From: an uncultured Candidatus Saccharibacteria bacterium
GTDB lineage: Bacteria > Patescibacteriota > Minisyncoccia > Phycocordibacterales > UBA12079
Assembly (NCBI GenBank): GCA_964608745.1
Contig: CAZSPC010000004.1
Coordinates: 1 to 50,485 of the forward strand
Direction: 5' to 3'
Length of the DNA: 50,485 nucleotides
This document shows positions 1 to 9,077 of the stretch, one piece after another. A program made the translations under genes and the position numbers. Under the pieces are notes generated by a model. It made no database searches. It was not told the DNA's origin and was given only the letters and a program-made list of their open reading frames with translations. Every line of letters begins with the position of its first letter. Position 1 is the first letter of the stretch.

Positions 1-134
1 AAAATTTTAACAAAAATTAGGCCAAAAATACAAAAAGTTAAGTTCTAGATGCCGTTGAGTTTTTGATTAGATTATTCAATTATTTTAATCAAAAACTTTT
101 TTGTTTAAACTCATAATTCGAAAAGGAGAAAATT

Positions 135-245
135 ATGAGTACGTTTGATAAAAAAATGATGGATTTGCTTCTGGTTTTAGAACCAGAAGCAATCGAAGTT
201 CTTTTGATTGGTGACCTAGTCACCGATCAAAAAGATGAGGACTAA
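135..245 (+). CDS. small acidic hypothetical protein (36 aa)
   Basis: Not in ORF track; AAGGAG upstream of ATG 135, TAA 243-245, terminator follows; MSTFDKKMMDLLLVLEPEAIEVLLIGDLVTDQKDED. Confidence 0.5.
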   Translation: MSTFDKKMMDLLLVLEPEAIEVLLIGDLVTDQKDED

Positions 246-261
246 CTCACTTATCAGGTTC

Positions 262-290
262 AAGGCCGCTGCGAAAGCAGTGGCCTTTTT
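262..290 (+). terminator. intrinsic terminator
   Basis: AAGGCCGCTGC-GAAA-GCAGTGGCCTT followed by T tract. Confidence 0.75.
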
Positions 291-616
291 CATACTTATT
301 GGCGTTTTTTATTTTTAAACTGGATTAGTGCTTAACAAATTATTCCTACCATACTACTAATGAATTAACAGCCTTACCAAATAAATTGCTATCGCAATTT
401 ATTTGGTATTTTAAATAAGAGTACTTTTGTTTGTTATTTTCCTTCTATTTTGCTATTATATCTCTAACTTATTTTAATTAAATGGGAGCAAAACCCGTAT
501 TGAATATTAAATAAATTCTTTCGTTTTTAAAGGAATTTATTTAGTTCAAATTTCTACGAAATTTGATTCAACAGGGTGATGATTTTTATAGTCGCTACGC
601 TCCTTAAAAATCTATC

Positions 617-1741
617 ATGCCAAAAGTAAACCCAGAAATTGAAGCATTTGCTCGAATTAAAGTCATCGGAGTTGGTGGCTCGGGTAAAAATGCCACTAAT
701 TATATGATCAACTCAAAAGTTGGTCGTGTTGAATTTATTGTTATAAATACCGACGCCCAAGATTTACATCATTCTAAGGCTGACAAAAAAATTCATATTG
801 GAAAAAACCTGACCAGAGGTCTTGGAACAGGAATGAATGCTGACCTTGGAAAAAGAGCAGCAGAGGAAACAAAAGAAGAGATTCAAGACTCACTAAAAGG
901 AGCTGATATGGTTTTTATTACCGGAGGATTTGGTGGCGGAACCGGAACGGGAGCAAGCCCAATTATTGCAAAAGTAGCCAAAGAACTTGGTATTCTAACT
1001 GTAGCGGTAGTAACTAAGCCATTCTTTTTTGAAGGTAATAGAAGAATGGAATTAGCAGAAAATGGCTTGGGAGATTTAAGAGACGCCGTTGACGCTATTA
1101 TAGTTATTCCAAATGATAGGATACTTAAAATTTCAACCAAAGGAACAACACTTGATAATGCTTTCGCAATGAGTGATGAGGTTTTGCGACAAGCTGTTGA
1201 AGGAATTTCTGACTTGATTACATCTCCGGGGAGAATTAATGTGGACTTTGCTGACATTAGTGCAATTATGGAAAAATCTGGCTCAGCTTTGATGGGAATT
1301 GGTCGTGCAACAGGAGAAAACAGAGCGGAAGAAGCGGCTAAACAAGCTATCACTTCCCCACTACTGGATGTTTCTATTCACGGAGCAAAAGGTGTTCTGT
1401 TCACAATTGCCGGAGGAGATGATTTGACTATGGAGGAAATTCAAACTGCCGCTCAAATCATTACTGAATCAATTGATCCAGATGCTAAGGTTAAATTTGG
1501 TACAGTGAAAGATACTAAGTTAAAGAAAAATGAAATTAAGATTACGGTGATTGCAACTGGATTCGATAATCCAGATAATCAGGCAGTCCAAACCGACGAA
1601 AAAAAAGATGATAAAAAAAAGGAGAAAAAAGAAATTCATAATGTAGTACCGAAAAGAGTAGAAGATAAATCAAAAATGCTAGACGAGGATGACGAAGACG
1701 ATACTTGGGATGCTATTCCTTCCTTCTTACGAAGAAAGTAG
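617..1741 (+). CDS. ftsZ: cell division protein FtsZ
   Basis: IKVIGVGGSG, tubulin signature GGGTGTG, INVDFAD, C-terminal IPSFLRRK. Confidence 0.99.
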   Translation: MPKVNPEIEAFARIKVIGVGGSGKNATNYMINSKVGRVEFIVINTDAQDLHHSKADKKIHIGKNLTRGLGTGMNADLGKRAAEETKEEIQDSLKGADMVFITGGFGGGTGTGASPIIAKVAKELGILTVAVVTKPFFFEGNRRMELAENGLGDLRDAVDAIIVIPNDRILKISTKGTTLDNAFAMSDEVLRQAVEGISDLITSPGRINVDFADISAIMEKSGSALMGIGRATGENRAEEAAKQAITSPLLDVSIHGAKGVLFTIAGGDDLTMEEIQTAAQIITESIDPDAKVKFGTVKDTKLKKNEIKITVIATGFDNPDNQAVQTDEKKDDKKKEKKEIHNVVPKRVEDKSKMLDEDDEDDTWDAIPSFLRRK

Positions 1742-1762
1742 ATTTATGATTTAGGATTTAAG

Positions 1763-1792
1763 AAAAACCGTTGCGCAAGCGCAACGGTTTTT
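1763..1792. terminator. bidirectional intrinsic terminator
   Basis: AAAAACCGTTGCGC-AA-GCGCAACGGTTTTT between convergent genes. Confidence 0.8.
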
Positions 1793-1846
1793 AAATTATT
1801 TTCATCTGGTTTCGTCTTTGCGAGCCCAACACCACTTTTTGGTTTT

Positions 1847-2299
1847 TCAATAACTCGTTGTTGAAAATTGTGCTTTTCCATCTTTGACATCAATTATCAC
1901 CCCCTGAGGTGATAACGATTTCGGACGGTACCGGAAAACAACAGTACGACAGGTTGGCAACAAAACAAACCATCTTCTCAAAACAACTTCGACGGTATTT
2001 GTATCACCAAACCTTGAATATGTAGGTCTTACTGTATAATCAATCGGCTCTCGAAAATTATCTTTTCTTATACTTAAATGCTCAACAACTTCTCGATCAA
2101 TAATCTTGCTACCCCTTGGTAACGATCCAGCAACAAAAAAACCATCAAAAATAATTAGAGTTCTTTTATCTCTTTGGTCTATTCCAGAAATATGCTTCAC
2201 TCCGATACCATTACCCAAAATAATCCCTTCATCTTTAACAACATTTATCTTTCCTCTTTTCCCTAAAATATTATCGTGAAGTGCCATATAAACATTCAT
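1847..2299 (-). CDS. hypothetical protein
   Basis: ORF 1847..2353; start moved to ATG 2299 behind AAGGAG; directly downstream of HD gene. Confidence 0.65.
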   Translation of the reverse strand: MNVYMALHDNILGKRGKINVVKDEGIILGNGIGVKHISGIDQRDKRTLIIFDGFFVAGSLPRGSKIIDREVVEHLSIRKDNFREPIDYTVRPTYSRFGDTNTVEVVLRRWFVLLPTCRTVVFRYRPKSLSPQGVIIDVKDGKAQFSTTSY

Positions 2300-2309
2300 T
2301 ATTTTCTCC

Positions 2310-2888
2310 TTATTCATAAGATTCTGACAAACACCATTCAAAAAATTCAACATTCAACATTTCAGCAAAAATCATTTTTGCTGAATCAGTTTTTAATCCT
2401 TCTGGAATTCTATCAAGAAATCTTTGAGCAAACTTATGCCCTTGATCAAGATATATTTTTGCCTGAAATCCCATTTGAAGTAAATCTGCATCTTTAACAA
2501 GTATTGATTCTTTGCTGTACCCGGTCTCAAAATCATCAAAATAACGACACAATCTCTTTTCAACCTCCGACGGAAATTGGCTAATAAAATGAGTAAAAGC
2601 AATTCTTTCTCCTGGTGATTTACTTAAATATTTTGTATTTAATTTATTTAAGTCACCCATTCTTGTTTCAGCATTATCGTGAAATAAGGCTTCACAAGCA
2701 ATTTTTTCAGGATTTTGGTATTCTTCCATAATTGCCAAAATATAAGCAATTTGAGCAGTTAGACAGGTATGTTCAAGAACATTTTCAATTCCCGATTTTA
2801 CACCCGCCCTGTGCCATCCTGACCGAGAAACATTTCCTAAACTAAACATCTCAAAAATTCCATTTACTAATTTTGTCATCTGATGCAT
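2310..2888 (-). CDS. HD-domain hydrolase (YfbR/HDDC2-like 5'-deoxynucleotidase family)
   Basis: RSGW, ENVLEH, FHDNAETRMGD, VKDADLLQ motifs; AGGAG before ATG 2888. Confidence 0.88.
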   Translation of the reverse strand: MHQMTKLVNGIFEMFSLGNVSRSGWHRAGVKSGIENVLEHTCLTAQIAYILAIMEEYQNPEKIACEALFHDNAETRMGDLNKLNTKYLSKSPGERIAFTHFISQFPSEVEKRLCRYFDDFETGYSKESILVKDADLLQMGFQAKIYLDQGHKFAQRFLDRIPEGLKTDSAKMIFAEMLNVEFFEWCLSESYE

Positions 2889-3082
2889 TCTAACTTCTCC
2901 TTTTTCAAAATTTAAGAATTTCAAAACAACTTTTTCTACACCCAAATTACCACAAATTAATATAAAAAACAAGTTTTTTACTTCTCTCTTTAAAATTGTT
3001 AAAATAAATTGACATTATTCTTAAATCTTAAATCATAAATCATAAATCTCCCACAATTCTTGATTCATGATTCTTAATTCTT

Positions 3083-4042
3083 ATGTACGACTTAGCAATC
3101 ATTGGTGGTGGCCCTGCTGGAGTATCTGCTGGAATATACGCTGCTCGAAAAAAATTAAAAACTATTTTTATTGCCGACAAATTTACTGGTCAGTCTGTTG
3201 TGTCTCCCGATATTCAAAACTGGATTGGAACCCCATCCATTTCAGGTATTGAATTAGCAAAAAATATGGAAAATCACCTCAAAACTTATGCAGATGGTAT
3301 TGTTGATATAAAAGAAGGAGAAAAGGTTGAAAACATATCCGAAATAAAACCTACAAAATCAGAACATTCCAACATTCCTAGGAATGTTGGAATGTTTGAG
3401 ATACAAACAAACAAAGACTCTTATACCGCAGAAGCTGTTTTGGTAGCCACAGGAAGCCACAGGAGGCGTTTACAAGCCAAAGGGGTTGACGCCTTGGAAC
3501 ATAAGGGTATTACTTACTGTGCAACCTGTGATGGTCCGTTTTTTACAGATAAGGATGTTGTTGTAATTGGTGGAGGAAATTCAGGTTTTGAGTCTGCATC
3601 ACAACTTTCTGCTTACACAAAATCAGTTACAATCATTCACCGATCAGAAAAACTAAGAGCAGATGAAATCACAGTCACAAAAGTATCAGAAAACCCAAAA
3701 GTAAAAATTATTTTAAACGCCGTTATAAAAGAAATTTTAGGTGAAAATTCAGTAACAGGGTTGATTTATGAGGATACGAAAACAGGAGAAACTCATGAAA
3801 TAAAAATAGAAGGAGTATTTGTGGAAATCGGATCAGAACCAACCACATCTTTTGTAACTGATTTGGTAGATTTGAATGATTATAAATCAATTATAGTTGA
3901 CCCGAAAACTCAAAAAACATCAAAAGAAGGAGTCTGGGCAGCTGGAGATTGTACAGATGGTCTATATCACCAAAACAACATCGCTGTGGGTGATGCGGTA
4001 AAAGCTTTGGAGGATATTTATCTTTATTTGAAAACAAAATAG
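3083..4042 (+). CDS. trxB: thioredoxin reductase / AhpF C-terminal-like FAD-dependent disulfide oxidoreductase
   Basis: GGGPAG, YCATCDG, GGGNSG, AAGD motifs. Confidence 0.9.
   Translation: MYDLAIIGGGPAGVSAGIYAARKKLKTIFIADKFTGQSVVSPDIQNWIGTPSISGIELAKNMENHLKTYADGIVDIKEGEKVENISEIKPTKSEHSNIPRNVGMFEIQTNKDSYTAEAVLVATGSHRRRLQAKGVDALEHKGITYCATCDGPFFTDKDVVVIGGGNSGFESASQLSAYTKSVTIIHRSEKLRADEITVTKVSENPKVKIILNAVIKEILGENSVTGLIYEDTKTGETHEIKIEGVFVEIGSEPTTSFVTDLVDLNDYKSIIVDPKTQKTSKEGVWAAGDCTDGLYHQNNIAVGDAVKALEDIYLYLKTK
3363..3396. repeat. 34 bp perfect palindrome inside trxB
   Basis: AACATTCCAACATTCC-TA-GGAATGTTGGAATGTT. Confidence 0.95.
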
Positions 4043-4123
4043 AATTATCCCAAAATGGTTTTGTTGAGCCATTTTCAATGGCTCATGCGTGAGCCATTGA
4101 ATTTTTTTCCAAAAAAGACCAGC

Positions 4124-4393
4124 TTAACACCGGTCTTTTAAAATTTCTTTTCCAACTTTCGTATTTTGAAATAATTGAAAAAGAATATTATCTGGCTGAA
4201 CTTGGCTTTTGGAGAAAATTCTTATTTTACCAAAAAAATCATTTTCTCCCCTACACCTCGCCGAGCATTTATTTTTTGTAACTCGAAGACACTTTCCAAA
4301 AAAACGCCGACCATTCTTTTTGGCAATTATCTTTGTCCCCCGACTAATAGTAAAAGCTTGGGTCAAAATACAAATCAAAATTTTTTTAATCAC
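4124..4393 (-). CDS. basic hypothetical protein
   Basis: GTG start behind AGGAGGGAAAG; TTTACA-like and TAATCT promoter boxes upstream; hairpin at about 4052-4082 downstream. Confidence 0.5.
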   Translation of the reverse strand: MIKKILICILTQAFTISRGTKIIAKKNGRRFFGKCLRVTKNKCSARCRGENDFFGKIRIFSKSQVQPDNILFQLFQNTKVGKEILKDRC

Positions 4394-4692
4394 CTTTCCC
4401 TCCTTTTTCTGATTTTTTGTCTTTTAACAAAATTTAAACAATCTAAAAATAGATTACACCAAAATTTTGCTTTTGTAAATAAATCTAATAAATTCGGTTT
4501 TGATAGAGATTTCATTTTATTTATTATAACAGGATAAAACTTGACTTTATCTATTGACTTGTTGTGTAGTTTATGATAGAATATTGCAAATATTTGATTA
4601 GCCCGTATGTGTATGGGTTTTTATTTTGAAAAAATAAATAAACATTATTATATTATCAATAATATAATAATGGTTTGATTATCAAATATTAG

Positions 4693-5286
4693 ATGATGGA
4701 GTTGACAGAGCGAAACTGTCGCAATATGAGAAATACAATAATTAAATATATGCAGGGATTTACATTTATTCCTATTTTTACAATCGTATCTCCCCTGCTT
4801 ACCTTTTATCAACCATTAATTGTTGACATAGAGAAAGAATCAGTCGAAATTTCTACACAACTTAATGAAAGACGTGCAGAAAAAATTGATGCTTACTTTG
4901 CTCAACGAAATATGCCGTTAGAAGGTTATGGTGCTAAAATGGTTGTGGAAGCAGAAAAAAATAATCTTGATTGGAGATTAATTCCAGCAATTGCTATTAA
5001 AGAATCAACTGGTGGAAAATTTGCTTGTGATTATAACCCTTTTGGTTGGGCATCTTGTAAAGTAGAATTTAACTCTTGGGATCATGCAATTGAAACAGTT
5101 GCAATGAACCTGGGAGGAAAAAATCCAAATACTGCTAAGTATTACAAAGATAAAACTTTGGAAGAAAAGCTGTATCACTACAACACATCAGTTATTCCAA
5201 CATATACAGGAGAAATTCTGGAATTTATGGAATTGATTAGAACACAAGATGTATCAAGCAATAGCTTAGCCCTATTAGATAAATAA
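4693..5286 (+). CDS. secreted lysozyme-fold / glucosaminidase-like cell wall hydrolase
   Basis: N-terminal hydrophobic stretch; DWRLIPAIAIKESTGG and NPFGW motifs; exact start uncertain. Confidence 0.65.
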   Translation: MMELTERNCRNMRNTIIKYMQGFTFIPIFTIVSPLLTFYQPLIVDIEKESVEISTQLNERRAEKIDAYFAQRNMPLEGYGAKMVVEAEKNNLDWRLIPAIAIKESTGGKFACDYNPFGWASCKVEFNSWDHAIETVAMNLGGKNPNTAKYYKDKTLEEKLYHYNTSVIPTYTGEILEFMELIRTQDVSSNSLALLDK

Positions 5287-5326
5287 AACAAAAATTGAGA
5301 AGCCTTGCTTCTCAATTTTTGTTTTA
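5284..5326. terminator. bidirectional terminator; one copy of a dispersed GAAGCAAGGCTTC hairpin
   Basis: Long inverted repeat between the convergent CDS and tRNA-Val. Confidence 0.75.
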
Positions 5327-5328
5327 TG

Positions 5329-5402
5329 TATGCCCTGCAGAATTCGAATCTGCGACCTTTCGCACGTCAAGCGAACGCTCTAACCAACTGAGCTAAGGGC
5401 AC
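5329..5402 (-). tRNA. tRNA-Val(GAC)
   Basis: Cloverleaf GTGCCCTTAGCTCAGTTGG...; anticodon arm TTCGC-TTGACGT-GCGAA; TTCGAAT T loop. Confidence 0.95.
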
Positions 5403-5404
5403 AT

Positions 5405-5608
5405 TTGCGGAAGAGGTGGGATTCGACCCACGATTACTAATTATTTTTTTCGTCCTATGGACTCAAAAATAATAAGTATCGTTGGTCGCGGCTCGGAAAA
5501 TTGAAAAATTAGAAATTTTTCTTTTCCTCCGCCGTTCGAATCCTCTCACATTCTACAATGACGATACAAACAAATATCAACCTAAGCTGGTATTTGTTTG
5601 TATCGTTG
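5405..5608 (-). repeat. tRNA-Ser 3' structured element with antisense and direct copies of the tRNA end
   Basis: 5405-5426 identical to 5606-5627; degenerate inverted copy at about 5534-5558; hairpin 5561-5606. Confidence 0.85.
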
Positions 5609-5695
5609 CGGAAGAGGTGGGATTCGAACCCACGAAGGGTGTAAACCCTTACCGCTTTTCGAAAGCGGCGCTTTCAACCTCTCGGCCACTCTTCC
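5609..5695 (-). tRNA. tRNA-Ser(CGA)
   Basis: GGAAGAG acceptor stem; CCGCT-TTCGAAA-AGCGG anticodon arm; long variable arm. Confidence 0.96.
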
Positions 5696-5751
5696 ATGCC
5701 CATAAGTGTAGCAATTTTTTGCTTTTTTTTCAAAAATTGGTATAATTTCAA

Positions 5752-5876
5752 GCGAAAACTAATAAAAGTAAGCAAAGTTTTTGTTTACTTTTATTCAGTT
5801 TGAGTGCAGGAATTATATAAGACGAAGTGCTTTTATAATTCCAAACGAAAACTAACAAAAATAAGCAAAGTTTTTG
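5752..5876. repeat. alternating-hairpin repeat element (related to 37955-38147)
   Basis: CGAAAACTAAYAAAARTAAGCAAAGTTTTT occurs twice, flanking a GGAATTATA...TATAATTCC hairpin. Confidence 0.75.
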
Positions 5877-5935
5877 TAGTATATTTTCAAAAATTGTTTA
5901 TAAATTATAAATTTATAAATTAAAAATTCTTCAAT

Positions 5936-6073
5936 GGCCTCATCGTCTAGTGGATACAGGAATGAAAAGAAATAAGTTTTTCTTTTCATCCGGTTCTGAG
6001 CAAAGCGAAGAAATTTCCGTTATCGACCGAAGGGAGATAGGAAATAGGCAGGTTTTCAAAATCTGATGTCCTA
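5936..6073 (+). repeat. interrupted partial copy of the tRNA-Glu 5' half
   Basis: GGCCTCATCGTCTA (5936-5949) equals the tRNA 5' end; CAGGTTTTCAA (6049-6059) matches the anticodon arm; about 95 nt of hairpins between; no T arm. Confidence 0.7.
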
Positions 6074-6122
6074 CCAAAAATAAATAAAGAAAGAAATTTA
6101 ATAATACAAATAAATATTACAC

Positions 6123-6194
6123 GGCCTCATCGTCTAACGGTTAGGACATCAGGTTTTCAATCTGAGAATCGGGGTTCGATTCCCCGTGAGGTCA
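6123..6194 (+). tRNA. tRNA-Glu(TTC)
   Basis: GGCCTCA acceptor; TCAGG-TTTTCAA-TCTGA anticodon arm; GGTTCGATTCC T arm. Confidence 0.96.
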
Positions 6195-6364
6195 CTAGAC
6201 ACCAAAACCAGAGCGGTAGCTCTGGTTTTGTTGTGTCTAGTAGGCATCACGGGGAATCGAACCGAGTGAAGTATGGAGGAGTCCGTCGGCTGACGGATGA
6301 CAAACACGAGTCCGTAGGACGAAGTTTGAATTTAGAACTGGGAGGCGATTCCCCGTGAGGTCAC
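6195..6364 (+). repeat. tRNA-Glu 3' structured element with antisense and direct copies of the tRNA end
   Basis: Inverted copy 6247-6263 (17 nt exact); direct copy 6346-6364 equals 6177-6195. Confidence 0.88.
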
Positions 6365-6416
6365 AACAAACACAAAACCCATTCGTCAGTTGACGAATGG
6401 GTTTTGTGGTTTGTGA
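6362..6416. terminator. long terminator-like hairpin
   Basis: CACAAAACCCATTCGTCAGTTGACGAATGGGTTTTGTG. Confidence 0.7.
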
Positions 6417-6570
6417 ATTTAATCATACCGAAGTTTATAAACAAATATTCTTGTTTAACACTTGCGGAAACCTGGGTGATTTAGAATCAAGCGGGAAAAA
6501 CTCACAAAAAGAACAAAAGTTCCAAATAAAAGAATATAATATCTTAAACTTACTTCAAGTGGATAAATTC

Positions 6571-6984
6571 CTAAAATTCTATTAACTCCGGATTTTCGCC
6601 AAAACAATTTGCTTCACAATTAAAAAAATTCACAGGATCATTGTTTTCTAACTCACATTTTTCTACGCATCCTTTACACTTATCAAACTCTATTGATTTT
6701 TTGACACGACAATTACCTTCAATAATTTCACAACCAGCAAACTGTCGACATCCATCCCCTCCCCGATATTCCATTGTACAAACTTCTGGCACATCTGCAC
6801 CACAGGTAATTTCTAACCCATGGCAACTTTCGATTCCACAATTGGTTTGAGCTGGTACCAATGTATCAGTTAAATCTAGAACCTGGTAATCGTCTGTAAT
6901 TTTACTACTACACCAAACAAAAATTATTAATGCAACTACAATCAAAACTGCAATTATTTCGTAAAATAAGATTTTATTTTTCAT
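6571..6984 (-). CDS. membrane-anchored cysteine-rich hypothetical protein
   Basis: N-terminal TM helix, then a Cys-rich domain (CGIESCHG, CTMEY, CRQFAGC); start moved to MKNKILF. Confidence 0.75.
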   Translation of the reverse strand: MKNKILFYEIIAVLIVVALIIFVWCSSKITDDYQVLDLTDTLVPAQTNCGIESCHGLEITCGADVPEVCTMEYRGGDGCRQFAGCEIIEGNCRVKKSIEFDKCKGCVEKCELENNDPVNFFNCEANCFGENPELIEF

Positions 6985-7021
6985 AAGGTTATTTTTCAAA
7001 TTAACTAATAATGTTAAAAAA

Positions 7022-7732
7022 TTATTTTTCCTTAGATTCACCGAACCCTCTATAAGAATCAATCTTATCCATCAACCAGATTGTTAAATACATAAAAGGT
7101 GTGTCAATCAAAGCTATCACTATTTTACTAACCCACTGTCCAACAATAAGTGGCCAAATTGGGAACACTCCATAAAAAGCTATTGTAACAAAAATAGTTG
7201 AATCCAAAAATTGACTGACAATTGTTGAGGCATTATTTCTCAGCCATAAGTGCTTACCTTCTGTTTTCTTTTTCCAAAAATGAAAAGCCCAAACATCATG
7301 ATTTTGTGATATTAAGTAAGCAATGAATCCAGCGAGAGCAATTCTTGGGGTCAAAGCAAAAACGCGTGAAAACATTTCTGAAATTTCAATCGAGAATTCA
7401 GCGGGTTGCCAATGTAAAACAAAATAAGCTGAAACCATAAACCCAAGGCTGGCTAAAAAACCGGACCAAACAGCCTTTCTCGCATATTCTTTCCCCCACT
7501 TTTCAGAAATTAAGTCAGTTATAAAAAAAGTCATTGAAAAAACAATAACACCGGCAGGAACAGTAAACGGACCAAACATTACAATCTTATTGGCAAAAAT
7601 ATTTGCCATAACAACTAAGGCTGAAACAAGAGCAATGGGATATTCAACCCCATATCTCTTTCCTAACACACCAGCTACTGTTCCAATTATGAAAGTTGCC
7701 AATATCCATAAAATTACTAGCGAAATACTCAT
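7022..7732 (-). CDS. yhhQ: queuosine precursor transporter (YhhQ/VUT family)
   Basis: ANIFANK, FFITDLISEKWG, HLWLRNNASTIVSQFLDS, DTPF motifs. Confidence 0.92.
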   Translation of the reverse strand: MSISLVILWILATFIIGTVAGVLGKRYGVEYPIALVSALVVMANIFANKIVMFGPFTVPAGVIVFSMTFFITDLISEKWGKEYARKAVWSGFLASLGFMVSAYFVLHWQPAEFSIEISEMFSRVFALTPRIALAGFIAYLISQNHDVWAFHFWKKKTEGKHLWLRNNASTIVSQFLDSTIFVTIAFYGVFPIWPLIVGQWVSKIVIALIDTPFMYLTIWLMDKIDSYRGFGESKEK

Positions 7733-7753
7733 ATTATTAATATAATAGCAGGT

Positions 7754-9019
7754 ATGAAAATTTTAGCCATAGAAACATCTTGTGATGAAACAGCTATTAG
7801 TATTATTGAAGCTAAGGGCGGTTTTCGTAAACCGCAATTCAAAATAATCTCTGACACCGTTATTTCACAGGTAAACCTGCATAAAGAATATGGGGGTGTT
7901 TATCCGAGCTTAGCCAAAAGAGAACACACGAGGAATTTATTACCAATATTGAAAAGAACTCTAAACAAAAGTGGTTTATTGTTACATCATAAGAAAAATA
8001 AAAAGCTTAAAGCCTACAGCTTACAGCTTACAGAAAGAAATACAAAAAAGGTTAAAAAGATAATGGAAAGAGAGCCGGAGTTGGCAGGGGCTCTACTTGA
8101 TTTTGTTGGTAAAAATAAAGTGCCTAAAATTGATGCTGTTGCTGTCACCCAGGGTCCAGGGCTTGAGCCAGCACTCTGGACAGGAATTAATTTTGCCAAG
8201 GCACTTGCTTTGCTTTGGAATAAGCCTTTTATTCCGGTTAATCACCTAGAAGGACATATATTCGCTTCGCTCATAAATTATAAATTAAAAATTATAAATT
8301 ATAAATTTCCGATATTAGCTTTGCTAATATCGGGTGGACATACGCAGTTGGTCTTAATGAAAAGTTTTGACAAATTCAAGATTATCGGAGAAACAAGAGA
8401 CGATGCTGTTGGTGAAGCATATGACAAAGTAGCAAGGACACTTGGTCTTCCCTATCCTGGCGGTCCTCAGATTTCTGCCTTGGCAGAAATCTGCGCAGAC
8501 TCACGCAGAACAAACGCAGAAAAACGCAGAAAACGAATTTTTGCCAAAGGCAAAAATTCGTCCTACTTACTACCAACTACCAACTACCAACTACCCAGGC
8601 CTATGATTAATTCAGGTGATTTTGATTTTTCATTTTCTGGATTAAAAACTGCTGTCTTGTATAAAGTACAAAAATTACCCAAATTAACATTAAAACAAAA
8701 AAAAGAGATCGCTTTTGAATTTGAAGAAGCTGTCACAGAAGTTTTATTTAAAAAAACTGTGTCAGCATTGGAAAAATACAAAGCCAAAACTTTAATTCTG
8801 GGAGGTGGGGTTGTGGCCAATAAAAATATCCGAAAAACGTTTTCAGATTATGAAAAAAATACAGATGGTTTAGATGTACTAATTCCTGAAATAAAATACA
8901 CAGGAGACAACGCCGTAATGATTGGAATTGCTGGATATTTTAGATATTTAAATAAAAAAATAATTGAACCAACAAAAATAGGAAAAGTAAAAGCAAATGG
9001 AAACTTGCGTTTAAGATAA
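7754..9019 (+). CDS. tsaD: tRNA N6-adenosine threonylcarbamoyltransferase TsaD, with repeat-derived insertions
   Basis: ILAIETSCDET, GPGL, NHLEGH, SGGHT, DDAVGEAYDK, FSFSGLKT, DNAVMI. Confidence 0.98.
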   Translation: MKILAIETSCDETAISIIEAKGGFRKPQFKIISDTVISQVNLHKEYGGVYPSLAKREHTRNLLPILKRTLNKSGLLLHHKKNKKLKAYSLQLTERNTKKVKKIMEREPELAGALLDFVGKNKVPKIDAVAVTQGPGLEPALWTGINFAKALALLWNKPFIPVNHLEGHIFASLINYKLKIINYKFPILALLISGGHTQLVLMKSFDKFKIIGETRDDAVGEAYDKVARTLGLPYPGGPQISALAEICADSRRTNAEKRRKRIFAKGKNSSYLLPTTNYQLPRPMINSGDFDFSFSGLKTAVLYKVQKLPKLTLKQKKEIAFEFEEAVTEVLFKKTVSALEKYKAKTLILGGGVVANKNIRKTFSDYEKNTDGLDVLIPEIKYTGDNAVMIGIAGYFRYLNKKIIEPTKIGKVKANGNLRLR

Positions 9020-9044
9020 TAAATATATTAAATTTTTTATTTAT

Positions 9045-9076
9045 AAAAAGCGTCGATTTAATAAATCAACGCTTTT
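9045..9076. terminator. bidirectional terminator
   Basis: AAAAGCGTCGATTT...AAATCAACGCTTTT between convergent genes. Confidence 0.65.
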
Positions 9077-9077
9077 C

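Noticed and set aside
883..1353. Antisense or alternate-frame ORFs inside long genes (for example 883..1353, 15734..16399, 38658..39128, 33841..34155)
   Set aside because: They overlap confidently identified genes and show no motifs or start signals.
4175..4537. 120 aa and 67 aa plus-strand ORFs
   Set aside because: The minus-strand ORF has the RBS, promoter boxes and downstream hairpin; these have none.
5405..5627. Prophage or island attL/attR at tRNA-Ser (also Glu, Trp)
   Set aside because: Only about 200 bp between repeats, no integrase or cargo, and the extra inverted copy is not expected from integrase recombination.
5482..5745. 87 aa ORF
   Set aside because: Antisense to tRNA-Ser and its element; shadow ORF.
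5936..6073. Intron-containing functional tRNA-Glu
   Set aside because: No T arm or 3' acceptor strand follows the anticodon-like segment.
6290..6330. Hammerhead ribozyme (GAGTCCGTAGGACGAA resembles stem II plus GAA)
   Set aside because: The required CUGAnGA core is not immediately upstream, and no stem I/III with an NUH site is evident; the same holds for the Ser copy.
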